From Carpediemonas membranifera BICM (Eukaryota > Protista > Fornicata), in NCBI GenBank assembly GCA_019828565.1, contig JAHDYR010000053.1, forward strand, positions 284,214-348,213: 64,000 bases of DNA, written 5' to 3'. Every line of letters begins with the position of its first letter. The stretch's first letter is position 1. The notes below the pieces were generated by a model that ran no database searches, was not told where the DNA came from, and worked only from the letters and a program-made list of their open reading frames with translations. This document shows, in pieces, positions 11,704 through 21,795 of the stretch. The position numbers and the translations under genes were made by a program.

Positions 11704-14271
11704 ATGGCAAGGGTCAAGGCAGTCGTCTGTGGCCAGCAGATAATCATCACAGCAGCCTATGATGGAACAATAACAATCCAAGAACAGAAGGGATCGCACT
11801 CCCTTGCGGTCAGTGCGCCTCCGAACTCTCCCATTCGTTGTCTAGCTCTGCATCCGACCAAGACAATTGTGTACGCTGGATGCGATGATTTTAACGTATA
11901 CTCTATCAATTACAGCACGTACACGAGCTCCAAGGTGATCTCTGCCGCCCATGCGGACTACATCCGAGACATCAAGGTTCACCCCGATGGATCCTTCCTC
12001 TATACGTGCTCAGACGACCGTACCATCCGCAGATGGTCATTATCTACCTTCCAGCTCGATGCCGTGTACCGCGATCCCAACCTCAAGGGCGACGAGAATG
12101 CGGCTCACGCCCATTATGTCATGAAGCTCGCCATCGACCCTAGCGGTAACACGCTGGTGTCTGCCTCGCTCGATCAGACGATCAAGATGTGGGATGCCCG
12201 CGCCAGCAAGTCGAGCGGCATTCCTCTCAAGAAATGCACCATCGAACACGCCCACGACGTCGGCGCCGATGCCGTCGCCTTCCTCGACGGCACGACTCTC
12301 CTCTCCGGCGGTGACGACAACCTCGTGAAGATGTGGAACGTCCGCACGCGCCAGTGCATATACTCTCTCAGCGGCCACAGCAAGGCCATCACCGCCCTCA
12401 CGGCTCACCCCAGGGTCGGCCTCTTCGTGTCCGTGGCCGAGGACGGACAGGCTATCGTCTGGGACAAGGAGGGCCACGAGGTGTTCCGCCAGACCATCCT
12501 CATGCGGGATGACCGCGAGAACAAGGACAAGGTCTGGGCTGTCGCACCCGTGCCGGACAAGGCTGCTGTTGTGGTCGGCCATGACCGCGGTACTACCACT
12601 GTCAAGCTCCAGAAGGGCCGGCCCGTCGCTGTGTTCAACGGCGGCCGTGCCACCAAGGACGTGTACATCGTAGCAGGCGACGTGCACCGCTTCCAGGCCC
12701 GCCGCGCCATTACTGAGAGTACTGCCGTCCTTCAGGGCAAGGTGACCGAGCTCTTTGCCGTTTCCGAGCTCGAGGCCGAGGACCTCGTCCACATTGAGTC
12801 CGGCCACGTCGTCACGGCCCTCCACGCCTCCCCCGACGGCAAGCACACGGCCGTCCTGACCCGGGGCCGGGGCGACTCAGCCCAGACACTGTCCGTCCAC
12901 ACGGTGGCCAAGACTTGGACCAGGCGGGACTTTAAGACAGAGACGTCGGTCACAGGCACGCTCTCGGTCGGTGCTTTCACGTGGGAGGTGCCCAACAAGG
13001 ACGGGAGGACGGCGGGGCCCGTGCCCCAGAGGTTCGGGACGGTCCATGCAGACTCGCGCGGGCTGGCCGTGCTCGACGTCTACACCATGCCCGGCAAGGA
13101 ATTCGACCGCGCCTTCCAGATCTCGATGCCGTATGCCGCGAACGCCCTCTTCGGCGGCCCGCTCATGGGTGTGGCGAACAACCAGACGAGCGAGACGAGC
13201 GTCCTCAACTTCTACGCCTGGCCGGAGGAGGGCGCGAGAGGGATGCCTCTCCTCAACCAGATTGCTCTCGACTCCCCAATCAAGGATGTCGCGTGGTCTC
13301 GCGTGTTCTCGGTCGACGGTCACGATGTCCAGCTGGTTGCTATCCGCATGGCCGAGCGGATCATGGTCATCCAGTTCTGCCCCGAGATCGCCCAAGCCGC
13401 CATAGCCCAGGCCCCCAAGAACACCTCCGCCACTGATGTCGTCTGCGGCGATGCCTGGCGCTTCCTGGGCGTAGTGAACGAGAAGTCCAAATCTGCGCTG
13501 TGGGTCGAGTCTGCTCTCGTCACGACCACGGCGAGCGGGGTCTACTCGACCGTCTGGCCCGCCGTGAGTCCCGCGTGTGCTGCCCCCCAGCCCATGGCCC
13601 GCCAGTCCCACCTGCTGTGCCTCACTCAGAAGCCGGTATACTCTATCGGCGCGACTACGGCTGAAGACCCCTCTGGCACGGACCTCCCCATCGTACTGTG
13701 CGCGGACCAGGACAAGGCGGTCCGTCTCGTGCCAGTGCCCATGGCCTTTGTAGAGATGAGGGTCGCCCTTGCCCGGGGTGACTTCGACGCCGCCCTCGCC
13801 AAGGGTAAGGCCCTGCGTGATGCGGACCGGGAGCAGGCCTCCGTCCTCCTCGAAGGGGCCAAGAGACTTCGCGAGGCGCTCGACCTCACAGCCAGCAAGG
13901 AGAGGAAGCTGGACCTCGCCCTCAAGCTCGAGGACTTCCCCCTCGCCGCAGAGATCGCCGCCGTGCTCGACGACCCTGCTGTGTGGCAGCAGGTAGGCGA
14001 TGAGGCTCTGCGGTGGGGCGACCTCGCGGTAGCCTTGGACGCCCTCGAGAAGGCCAAGGACCTCAACAGTCTCTTCCTCGTGTATGCGGCGCTGGACGAC
14101 GCGGAGGGCATGCAGGCACTGATCCCTCGGCTCGAGGAGGCCGGGCTGCATAATTTGGAGTTTTACGCGAGCTATTTGACTGGCGACTACGAGGCCGCGC
14201 GGACAGCCCTTGAGAGCGAACCGACGGCCGTGGTGCAGCTGTTCGACCGGGCATATAAGCCCCAAGAGTAA
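11704..14271 (+). CDS. COPB2: Coatomer beta-prime subunit (divergent)
   Basis: N-terminal WD40s (AHADYIRDIKVHP, CSDDRTIRRW, HAHYVM, SASLDQTIKMW) and solenoid tail WQQVGDEAL...KAKDLNSLFLVY...HNLEFYASYLTGD typical of Sec27. Confidence 0.82.
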   Translation: MARVKAVVCGQQIIITAAYDGTITIQEQKGSHSLAVSAPPNSPIRCLALHPTKTIVYAGCDDFNVYSINYSTYTSSKVISAAHADYIRDIKVHPDGSFLYTCSDDRTIRRWSLSTFQLDAVYRDPNLKGDENAAHAHYVMKLAIDPSGNTLVSASLDQTIKMWDARASKSSGIPLKKCTIEHAHDVGADAVAFLDGTTLLSGGDDNLVKMWNVRTRQCIYSLSGHSKAITALTAHPRVGLFVSVAEDGQAIVWDKEGHEVFRQTILMRDDRENKDKVWAVAPVPDKAAVVVGHDRGTTTVKLQKGRPVAVFNGGRATKDVYIVAGDVHRFQARRAITESTAVLQGKVTELFAVSELEAEDLVHIESGHVVTALHASPDGKHTAVLTRGRGDSAQTLSVHTVAKTWTRRDFKTETSVTGTLSVGAFTWEVPNKDGRTAGPVPQRFGTVHADSRGLAVLDVYTMPGKEFDRAFQISMPYAANALFGGPLMGVANNQTSETSVLNFYAWPEEGARGMPLLNQIALDSPIKDVAWSRVFSVDGHDVQLVAIRMAERIMVIQFCPEIAQAAIAQAPKNTSATDVVCGDAWRFLGVVNEKSKSALWVESALVTTTASGVYSTVWPAVSPACAAPQPMARQSHLLCLTQKPVYSIGATTAEDPSGTDLPIVLCADQDKAVRLVPVPMAFVEMRVALARGDFDAALAKGKALRDADREQASVLLEGAKRLREALDLTASKERKLDLALKLEDFPLAAEIAAVLDDPAVWQQVGDEALRWGDLAVALDALEKAKDLNSLFLVYAALDDAEGMQALIPRLEEAGLHNLEFYASYLTGDYEAARTALESEPTAVVQLFDRAYKPQE

Positions 14272-14310
14272 ATAATAATAGAGCCCGGGTTTTTTTATTA
14301 AACTGCATCT

Positions 14311-15243
14311 CTACCAGGCAAGCACGCTGCCGAACAATAAATGCTGAACGACCACAAACTTATCGAGTACCTCGCCGCGCCACATCTTCATCATTCCTTC
14401 GCAGATCTTGTTCCAGGTCTTGACGGAGCTGACGTCATACAGTATCGGGGCACACTCTCCGAGGTATGCGGACTTTGACTCCGTGATATACTTGACAGCA
14501 TCAAAATACATGTAATCCTCCGCGTTGGCGAGGATGCTGGACCGCTCACGGATGTCCTCTGGTACAACCAGCGGGTTGTCTATCAGCTGGCTAGCACCAA
14601 TGATGAACGGGGCGTGCTGGAAGTCGTCTAGGCCCCAGACGCCGTGTGACCCGGCGGGCTCCATCGTGTACTGTGTCTGCAGACGCCGTACGAGTGTGAG
14701 GTAGGCGTTGAACACCATGATGGCGATCACATCGCCCTGCACTGGGGTGAGGAAGCCGATTTCCATGAGGATGAACAGCCACGTGATGAATGAAAGCTCA
14801 TGGCCGGTGCCATAGTCGATACGCGATGGCTGGCCCATACTCTGCATGAAGTACGGGGCGAGCTCGATAATGGCGTCGTGCTTGTCCTCTGGGAGCATCT
14901 GTTTGTGCAGATCAACGATGACGGTCTCCAGGTACTCGTAAAACTCAACAAACGCCCCGTTACCGAAGCGGAGACGTTTCTCGTGCGGTGGGAAGTCGTC
15001 TATGATGTGATAGACGTCGTCTATCATGTCTAAAAGCTTCTGCGTGTTCTCATTTGGCTTTCCCACGCTGCTGTTCGGCATTCCCTGCACAGATTGCGTC
15101 AGAAGCTCCATGAAGCCACAGAGCTTCTTGTAACCAGTAGAGCGCTTGAAATGACTCATATCATTGGCGCTATGTATCTTCTTTTCGGGTTCTATGAAAG
15201 TGGGCATGGGTTGATCGGCTAAACTGCTCGGGGGTATCGGCAT
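14311..15243 (-). CDS. PTPA: PP2A phosphatase activator PTPA/Rrd (start 15243 or 15207)
   Basis: RFGN.AF, RIDYGTGHELSF, MEPAGSHGVWGLDDFQ, EVLDKFVVVQHLLFGS. Confidence 0.95.
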   Translation of the reverse strand: MPIPPSSLADQPMPTFIEPEKKIHSANDMSHFKRSTGYKKLCGFMELLTQSVQGMPNSSVGKPNENTQKLLDMIDDVYHIIDDFPPHEKRLRFGNGAFVEFYEYLETVIVDLHKQMLPEDKHDAIIELAPYFMQSMGQPSRIDYGTGHELSFITWLFILMEIGFLTPVQGDVIAIMVFNAYLTLVRRLQTQYTMEPAGSHGVWGLDDFQHAPFIIGASQLIDNPLVVPEDIRERSSILANAEDYMYFDAVKYITESKSAYLGECAPILYDVSSVKTWNKICEGMMKMWRGEVLDKFVVVQHLLFGSVLAW

Positions 15244-15590
15244 GGGCCCTAGGCGGGGTGTTGCAGTCTCACTCCTTTGAGGATGGCGTTGAGTCGTGAC
15301 GTTGCCAGTTTGTCTGCGGCGACCTGATACTGTCGCGTCGACAGAGCTTAGTAAGACACGGGACCTCACAGCAGGCTATCTGCACCCGCCCTCCCATGTT
15401 TGCCGGACGTTCTGGACTACAACACCACTCCCCTCCACTCCGATTGACGAATCATATGCAATGGAAGACGAAGAGACAAAATTCTCAATCGACGTTGTGT
15501 AGTGGTTCCAACCAGTTTCATGACGCCCTGGGCCCCATTCGTCGGTGTCTCTGTCTGGCTGACTCCGCGACTTTGAAACAACCGAGCTGG

Positions 15591-17156
15591 ATGGACGCAG
15601 ACGGTAGGCCGCTTGCTGTCGAAGAAAGGCTGTACGCCCTTCACGATCTAGCACAAAAGAAGCTGGCGAAGGCAAGAAATGAGTTTGATGCTGATCTTCG
15701 CGACGAGGCGGACGAATTGGTCACTTTCACCCCGAAAATCAGCGAGAGGACGCGTAAGCTGGCTGAAAAGCGTGCCAAGAGAGATGATACTGCGTCTCCA
15801 ATCGCTCAGAGACGCCGTGAGGCCATCAAGGCCCACATGCTCGCAGAGATGCCTTTTTCTCCGACGATTAGCGAGAAAGCGAAGCGCATCGTGCGCGAAA
15901 AGGACGCTGCCGAGAGCCTCTACGAGCTCTCTCTCAAGCGCCAAGCCGAGCGGGCTATGCAGCAGGTGGAGCGGCATGTGGTCCCCACCCCGTCGCCGTC
16001 CCGCCCCCACACCGCGGACGTGTACAACAGGATGCGGGAGCTGCCCATCGAAGACGACCTGCTCCTCAGGGAAGAGCAGCGTCGCCGCCAGCGTGTGCGC
16101 CAGCTGTGGCGCATGGCGAAGGAGGAGCGGGGTAGACACAAGCCGACCATCAACCCGAGGTCAGCCGAGATCGTCAGGAACATGGGGCAGAGCACTATAG
16201 ACAGGCTGACAAAGCCTAAGACCGTCCCCCGCAAGGAGATCTTCGAGGACCCAGAGGCCACGTTTACACCGCAGATTAACGAGACGAGCAAGCAGCTCGA
16301 CCGGGTGCGGGTATCTGGGTTCAAGCGGATGGAGGCCTACCAGGGCCAAAAGCCGCGGCCAGTGATGATGACGCCCAAAGACCTCGATGAGAGCGAGAAC
16401 CTGACCTTTAAGCCCAAGCTGATGACGACGCTCGGAGAAAGGGACGACAACATCATAGACCGGCTCAACTCATGGAAGACAGAGCGCCAGCAGACCATGG
16501 ACACGCTCAAGCAGGAGCAGGAGGCCCGTGAGGCCCAGGAGTGCACGTTTATCCCCAACGTGCGGTCTCCCTCGCTCGCCTCGAGCAGACTCGCGCCCCC
16601 GAAGAAGGTGGGCGGCATTCCAGAGTTCCTCGCCCGCCAGCAGAAGGCGAGGCAGGAGAAGCTCGAGAAGGAGCGCCGGCTGTGCCCCGCAGACTCGTGG
16701 AGACCGCGGGTGACCAAGACGGAGGAGTTCCACTTCGGACACAGGCCCAAGGAGATCAAGAGCCTCAAGCGGCCCAACGAGCGGAAGGCGGGGTCGCTCC
16801 AGTCGAGTCAGACGATCAGGCCGCTCGTGGACCTCGAGGCCGAGGAGGAGGCGAAGGCACTGATGGCCATGCCCGCGGCAGGCACGCCCTGGCCCCACGG
16901 CGACACTGAGGATGAGACAGAGGAAGAGGGCTTTGACGACGAGTTCGTCGAGCAGGAGGAGGTCGAGGCCGATGCTGGGCCCCAGGACGACCCTGTGCTC
17001 AGTCGGGACGAGCTGACGGACTACTCGCACGCCCTGTTCAACGCTTCCCAGGGCCAGAAGGTGCCGCTCGAGTATGCCAAGCTGCAGGACGAGAAGAAGG
17101 GCGTCATGAGCAGCATGGCGCTCAGTAGGGCCCGCGGGTGGAAGACGAAGCTGTAG
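15591..17156 (+). CDS. Hypothetical protein with repeated (T/P)FxPx(I/L/V) motifs, probably microtubule-associated (start uncertain)
   Basis: TFTPKI, PFSPTI, HKPTIN, TFTPQI, TFKPKL, CTFIPNV spaced by charged helices; acidic tail. Confidence 0.7.
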   Translation: MDADGRPLAVEERLYALHDLAQKKLAKARNEFDADLRDEADELVTFTPKISERTRKLAEKRAKRDDTASPIAQRRREAIKAHMLAEMPFSPTISEKAKRIVREKDAAESLYELSLKRQAERAMQQVERHVVPTPSPSRPHTADVYNRMRELPIEDDLLLREEQRRRQRVRQLWRMAKEERGRHKPTINPRSAEIVRNMGQSTIDRLTKPKTVPRKEIFEDPEATFTPQINETSKQLDRVRVSGFKRMEAYQGQKPRPVMMTPKDLDESENLTFKPKLMTTLGERDDNIIDRLNSWKTERQQTMDTLKQEQEAREAQECTFIPNVRSPSLASSRLAPPKKVGGIPEFLARQQKARQEKLEKERRLCPADSWRPRVTKTEEFHFGHRPKEIKSLKRPNERKAGSLQSSQTIRPLVDLEAEEEAKALMAMPAAGTPWPHGDTEDETEEEGFDDEFVEQEEVEADAGPQDDPVLSRDELTDYSHALFNASQGQKVPLEYAKLQDEKKGVMSSMALSRARGWKTKL

Positions 17157-17649
17157 GCCGGGCATGTTGTAAAAGTACGCGCTGGGTCATGTTGTGAGAC
17201 TCCTTTGAAGAAGCCTGGAAATATGAGTTTGGCAAGAACGGGTTGAGGGCGTTTACGGATGAGGGGCTGTGTCGATGTCGACGGGAATGATGATAGCGTG
17301 CCTGACCTGCCACATGCTGTTGGTGACCAATGTCTCCTGTGACGCCCAGTTCGTCACACTCCAAAGCCTTGGTTACAGCTTGTGCTGCGTCTTGAGTCGA
17401 AGAAAACTTATATCACGTAAATCACTGGCTTAGGAACAGGGCAGCAGCACAGGCACAGGGCCACTGGGAGGAACAACAGATGGCTGATCGGCCTCAGCTC
17501 GAGCGCCCACACAACATACACGACAGTTGCAGACACGAAGGCGTCAGCAACGCGAATGACATATATGGGGCATACGTGGCATACGTGCGGATGAGCACAT
17601 AAATCAACAGACGACCCATCCAACCCAGCCATCCGTCCCATCGCCCCCA

Positions 17650-18912
17650 TCACCGGCCCTTCCGCCACCCCTTCTCTTCGTTCTGCACCTGGTACGACAC
17701 ACCGCGGTCCCGCAAATACTGCTGCAAGAACGCCGAGCTAAACACCGCCCGCTTCAGCCTCCTCGCCTCCGATGGCAGCCGCTCGGGCAGAGCTGATCTG
17801 TTCGTGCTCAGCTCTGACTCGGCTCTGTCCTTGGCGCTGAGGTTGACGTAGGTGTGGAGGGCGTCCAGCTTGATCGGTCGGAACAAGAGAATGTCCGTCC
17901 AAAACGACGAGGCCCGAATGATTGCAGTGAGGCCAGTGTCGTAGGCCCGTTTGGTTGTCGGCGTCATTCTAAGATGGACGGGGACCACAACATCGGGAAC
18001 CGTGCCAGTGCTGTCATAGTGTGCTGACAACTTCTTCAACGCGTGCTCTCTGTTGGAAAACCTGAGCCCGAGCCGCCTCATCTCCCGTTTGATCTGCGGT
18101 AGAGTCATGATGTTCAAATCAAGCGCTCTGGGCGTCTTAACATACGCTTGACCCCCACCCCCGTCGTCGCGCTGGGGGGTGAGTGCTTTCCTCATGAACG
18201 GGGTGAGCGTCAGCTGGTGAGGGGAGGTCATGAAGGCTCGCGACGATGTATACCGCTGGGATGGTGCAAAGGGGCCGGCGGGCGTTTGAGAGGCGGCGTT
18301 GGGATCGTTTTCGTCAGTTTTGGCACGCTTGCCGGTCTTGGGGATCTTCCGAGGTTGTGCAGTCGGGCGAGTAGGCTTTGCAGGCGAGCATGGGGCGGGC
18401 GGCCCAGCATCAGCTGCTTTCTTGCCCAGCGATGCCTCCATGATCATGCTGTTGTACTTTGCAAACAATGCTTCGATGGCGTCATCCCTTTCGCGGCGAA
18501 GAGCGGCAACGGCGTCAGACGTGCCGTATTCTCGCATATTCCGTTGTATTTGAAGCCTCATTCCTATGGGGGTCTCTACCATGCAGAAACGTGGGGTTGA
18601 TCTGGTTGGCGCGGGCGTGCGAAAAGGTGGCGCGAGAGAAGATGGCGGCGGCATCGCTGCGAGACGATCTAACCCAGATAATGCTTGCTGAGTGGAAATA
18701 TTACACACAGACGGAGTACCCTGATATGGCGTATTTGCATCATCAACCACAAATGAGTCAATTTCCATCACACTATACTCGTTCCCTCCCAATTGCGAGT
18801 CTTCCGGATCATATACTGGCAACTCGCATGTGCGTAAGATATTACTCTCTATATCACTATCAACAATCGTTGCATCGGAGTCATTGATGGAGATGACAGA
18901 GATTTCGCTCAT
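17650..18912 (-). CDS. SLX4: SLX4-like structure-specific endonuclease scaffold (SAP + Slx1-binding domain)
   Basis: SAP-like MTLPQIKREMRRLGLRFSNREHALKKL followed by IIRASSFWTDILLFRPIKLDALHTYV...SSAFLQQYLRDRGVSY, resembling the SLX4 C-terminal domain; disordered N-terminus. Confidence 0.65.
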   Translation of the reverse strand: MSEISVISINDSDATIVDSDIESNILRTCELPVYDPEDSQLGGNEYSVMEIDSFVVDDANTPYQGTPSVCNISTQQALSGLDRLAAMPPPSSLAPPFRTPAPTRSTPRFCMVETPIGMRLQIQRNMREYGTSDAVAALRRERDDAIEALFAKYNSMIMEASLGKKAADAGPPAPCSPAKPTRPTAQPRKIPKTGKRAKTDENDPNAASQTPAGPFAPSQRYTSSRAFMTSPHQLTLTPFMRKALTPQRDDGGGGQAYVKTPRALDLNIMTLPQIKREMRRLGLRFSNREHALKKLSAHYDSTGTVPDVVVPVHLRMTPTTKRAYDTGLTAIIRASSFWTDILLFRPIKLDALHTYVNLSAKDRAESELSTNRSALPERLPSEARRLKRAVFSSAFLQQYLRDRGVSYQVQNEEKGWRKGR

Positions 18913-19386
18913 CACTGGACTTTGTGAAATTCGTACACCAACGGAAAGCCCAGGTCGACGCTGAATACTAATATGGCTGCCAGAGCGCATAAGAAGACAC
19001 CAGCGGGCATTGCAGCGTTGGTAGAACAGCAGCTGATCAGCAAGAACCTCAGCAGTCACTGAGAGAATCGACAACACGGGACGGGAGTGCACGGCGGGCG
19101 GATGGCCGACCCTCACTAAGGACTGCGACCATGGTCAGTCCTTGCTGTTGTCGGCCAGTGCTCCTGTCCCGGCCTACCAGTGCCGAAGCTCAGTCAGGCT
19201 CATAACGATCGAGCCCTGGTCAGAGTCCCATGGCAGCAGAGTTGTTTGGCATGCGTCGATGCGACTAAAGGTCTGCGCCACCAATCTGGTTTGTGAGCCG
19301 ATCCGCAAATATCCGCGACGATCTCCTCAGAATCAACTCAATCTGGGTCGAATAACTTCTATTTATCGCATCAATTTCTCGAGTAA

Positions 19387-19836
19387 TTACACAACAATGC
19401 CAGGCAGGCATTCTCCGGCGGGAGGGCCGGATACGGTGACCGTGGGGGCGGCAATCACCGAGGCGTCCGTCTCATGTTGAACGAAGAGGTCGGAGAACGT
19501 CACAGTGAGGGGGGCGTCGTAGGGATCGATCTTCTTGGTGATGCATACGTCGCGAGTGGTGGCCTCTTTCACTCCGTTTAGGGCGTACTTGTATTCGGCC
19601 TTGATGCCGTCCTCGTTTTGCTCAATGGGCATCAGCGCAACGTAGGGGCGGAATATCTTGTTGTTCGGGCCCTTGACTACGTTCTTGCTGGCCATCATGG
19701 GGTACTCGGTGATAACAAGCTTGTTCTTGCTCGATTTGGACGGTGAAGAGACGATCACGACAGCGTCCATCGCAACCTCTTCCACCTTGGGATCAACAGG
19801 CACATGGAGGCAGAATCTAAACGAACCAAGAGACAT
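19387..19836 (-). CDS. Hypothetical 149-aa beta-rich protein
   Basis: ATG-initiated ORF with coding-like codon usage; no recognised motif. Confidence 0.6.
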   Translation of the reverse strand: MSLGSFRFCLHVPVDPKVEEVAMDAVVIVSSPSKSSKNKLVITEYPMMASKNVVKGPNNKIFRPYVALMPIEQNEDGIKAEYKYALNGVKEATTRDVCITKKIDPYDAPLTVTFSDLFVQHETDASVIAAPTVTVSGPPAGECLPGIVV

Positions 19837-20044
19837 AATGGTTCCAGTCAGTTTCGAGCGCTTGGGCTCGATACGGTCACTTTTTCTCGCACAAAAAGAA
19901 ATCTACAGCATGTAAGCCCTGGCGAGCGTTCCAGCATGCCCCAGCCACCCTACCGCCCTCTCTTTTGCCCCCCTGTGCCACCTCTCGACCCCAGTCCCTC
20001 TTCCCGACTCTCCCCATCTCACACAAGACAGACGTCCCTACAAT

Positions 20045-21064
20045 TTACTGCCCGTTAACTACCACAGCCTCATCCCTCAGCGCCAGACACGTCACAGCCT
20101 TGGGGTGGCCCGTGTAGTGGCGGATGGCCAAGCCTTCGGGCGGGGGAGCTGTCAGGTCCCAGAGTCGCGCAGTCGTGTCGGACGAGCAGGAGACCAGGTA
20201 TGCGCCGTCGGCACTGAGCTTGCACTCCCAGCACCAGTTGCTGTGGGCCTTGAGGACGAACTTTGGAGCCAGGATGGGGGGAACCACACCGTCGTCGTCC
20301 GGATTTTGGTCGGGATTGAACGTCCATGTACGTACGATACCATCACTGCCTGCGCTGGCCATGTAGTGTCCGTCTGGGGAGATACAAGCGGAGAGACAGT
20401 ACGGCGAACCGACCTTCTCGCGCAAGATCTCATGGAAGTAGGTGGCGTCGCTCTTGATGTTGAATATCCGCATATCGCCCGTGTTTGACACTGCGAGCAG
20501 ATAATCCCCGTCCGGCGTGAACGATAGCGAGCGGACGCCGCTCTGATCGAAGAGGTCGATTGTCTTCAGGTGCTTATCCGTGCTGATGTCCCACACAATC
20601 ACATGGCCGTCCATGTCGCCCGTGACCATCTCATTCGTGTGCGAGGGGCGCAGGGCAACTGTATTCACGCCGTGGGGGTGGACGAGACGTTTCAAAGACT
20701 TCAGCGTGCTGCTGTCCCACAGACGGACGGTGCGGTCCTCGCTGCTGGAGTAGATCCAGCGCTGGTGGGGCTCGACGTCGACTTGGGTGACGTTGCCGAC
20801 GTGGCCGTCGAGGGTTGCAACCGCGTTGGTGGAGGAGCTGGCGATATCGAACATGTGGAGAGCTGCATAGCCGCCAGCGAGTAGCTTGCTCTTGTTTTTG
20901 GTAATATATAGCGTATTGACGTTGGGAACCTGCGGAGCATTGAGCCCTGGAGGGTTAAATGTAAAGCATTTCAAGTTCTTCCCAGAAGCGGCATCCCAGA
21001 GGCGAATGATGCGATCATAGCCTCCTGTTGCAAGAAGAGTATAAGAATGGAGAGCTTCGGACAT
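20045..21064 (-). CDS. LST8: TOR complex subunit LST8 (WD40)
   Basis: LATGGYDRIIRLW, GHVGNVT, WIYSSSEDRTVRLWD, WCWECKLSADGAYLVSCSSDTTARLW, YTGHPKAVTCLALRD. Confidence 0.9.
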   Translation of the reverse strand: MSEALHSYTLLATGGYDRIIRLWDAASGKNLKCFTFNPPGLNAPQVPNVNTLYITKNKSKLLAGGYAALHMFDIASSSTNAVATLDGHVGNVTQVDVEPHQRWIYSSSEDRTVRLWDSSTLKSLKRLVHPHGVNTVALRPSHTNEMVTGDMDGHVIVWDISTDKHLKTIDLFDQSGVRSLSFTPDGDYLLAVSNTGDMRIFNIKSDATYFHEILREKVGSPYCLSACISPDGHYMASAGSDGIVRTWTFNPDQNPDDDGVVPPILAPKFVLKAHSNWCWECKLSADGAYLVSCSSDTTARLWDLTAPPPEGLAIRHYTGHPKAVTCLALRDEAVVVNGQ

Positions 21065-21284
21065 TGCACTGGGTATATCGCCTGTCCGCGTCGAAATGAT
21101 GAAACGATACATGATGGCCCATAACAAGCCATAACGCGTCAGTGCAGATATGTATAGAGCTGCTGTGACCCCATGCCTGTCTCTGGCGACATTGATCGTG
21201 CCAGCCATGCAACGATACGAGAGAGCGTAGAGACGAGCTTCATTTATGCGATAGCCGTGCTATACCAATAGCCCCGCCGGCCCC

Positions 21285-21593
21285 TCACGAGTTCGTTGGC
21301 CTGACAACGCTGATAACAGAGTCTCCGCGGATGAACATCTTGTTGACGCTCCGCTCCTGGTTCGAAACCTTGCCACCGGGCATCCTCACGCTCCAAATCT
21401 CCTTGGCGTTCTCTACAATGAGGTTGAAGTGACGATCAAAGGCCTTAACGGTGCAGTAGAGCTTGTGATCGTTCCTGCACGAAACAAGGACCTTCTGGTT
21501 CTCTTGCACGGCAGTGCTGAGGATCTGAAAGGGACCAAGCGTGCTGCTATCCGGTTTTCCTTCATGAGACCTTTCCGAATGTCCGCTATCCAT
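21285..21593 (-). CDS. SNRPD2: Small nuclear ribonucleoprotein Sm D2
   Basis: GPFQILSTAV...VLVSCRNDHKL..VKAFDRHFNLIVENAKEIW...RSVNKMFIRGDSVI. Confidence 0.93.
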   Translation of the reverse strand: MDSGHSERSHEGKPDSSTLGPFQILSTAVQENQKVLVSCRNDHKLYCTVKAFDRHFNLIVENAKEIWSVRMPGGKVSNQERSVNKMFIRGDSVISVVRPTNS

Positions 21594-21795
21594 CCTAGTT
21601 AAGTTGGTTTCGCTTCGCTCGGCCGAGTGCAGAAGAACATACATGTCTCATAAACGTATGTAAATGGGAAAATGACCCTCTAAACAGCGTGTGTCCACCC
21701 TGATGCATCCCTCTGACTGGCCCGTTTGCTCCAACATCATGTTTGGGTCGACTCCGCAGGATAGCCTTCGACAAAATTCCTCACCGCGGATTCAA

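Noticed and set aside
15461-15515. Possible first exon MEDEETKFSID plus 22-nt intron GTTGTG...CCAACCAG that would join the downstream ORF in frame
   Set aside because: Donor and acceptor both violate the consensus of the other 11 introns and the length is outside their range; left unresolved
17287-17303. Box C-like ATGATGA followed by CTGA (also ATGATGA near 8127 and 21096, TTGATGA near 24433)
   Set aside because: No properly spaced terminal D box, terminal stem or recognisable rRNA guide
17408-17668. 86-aa minus ORF with short tandem CACGTATGC repeat
   Set aside because: Overlaps the SLX4-like stop and lacks codon bias; probably 3'UTR
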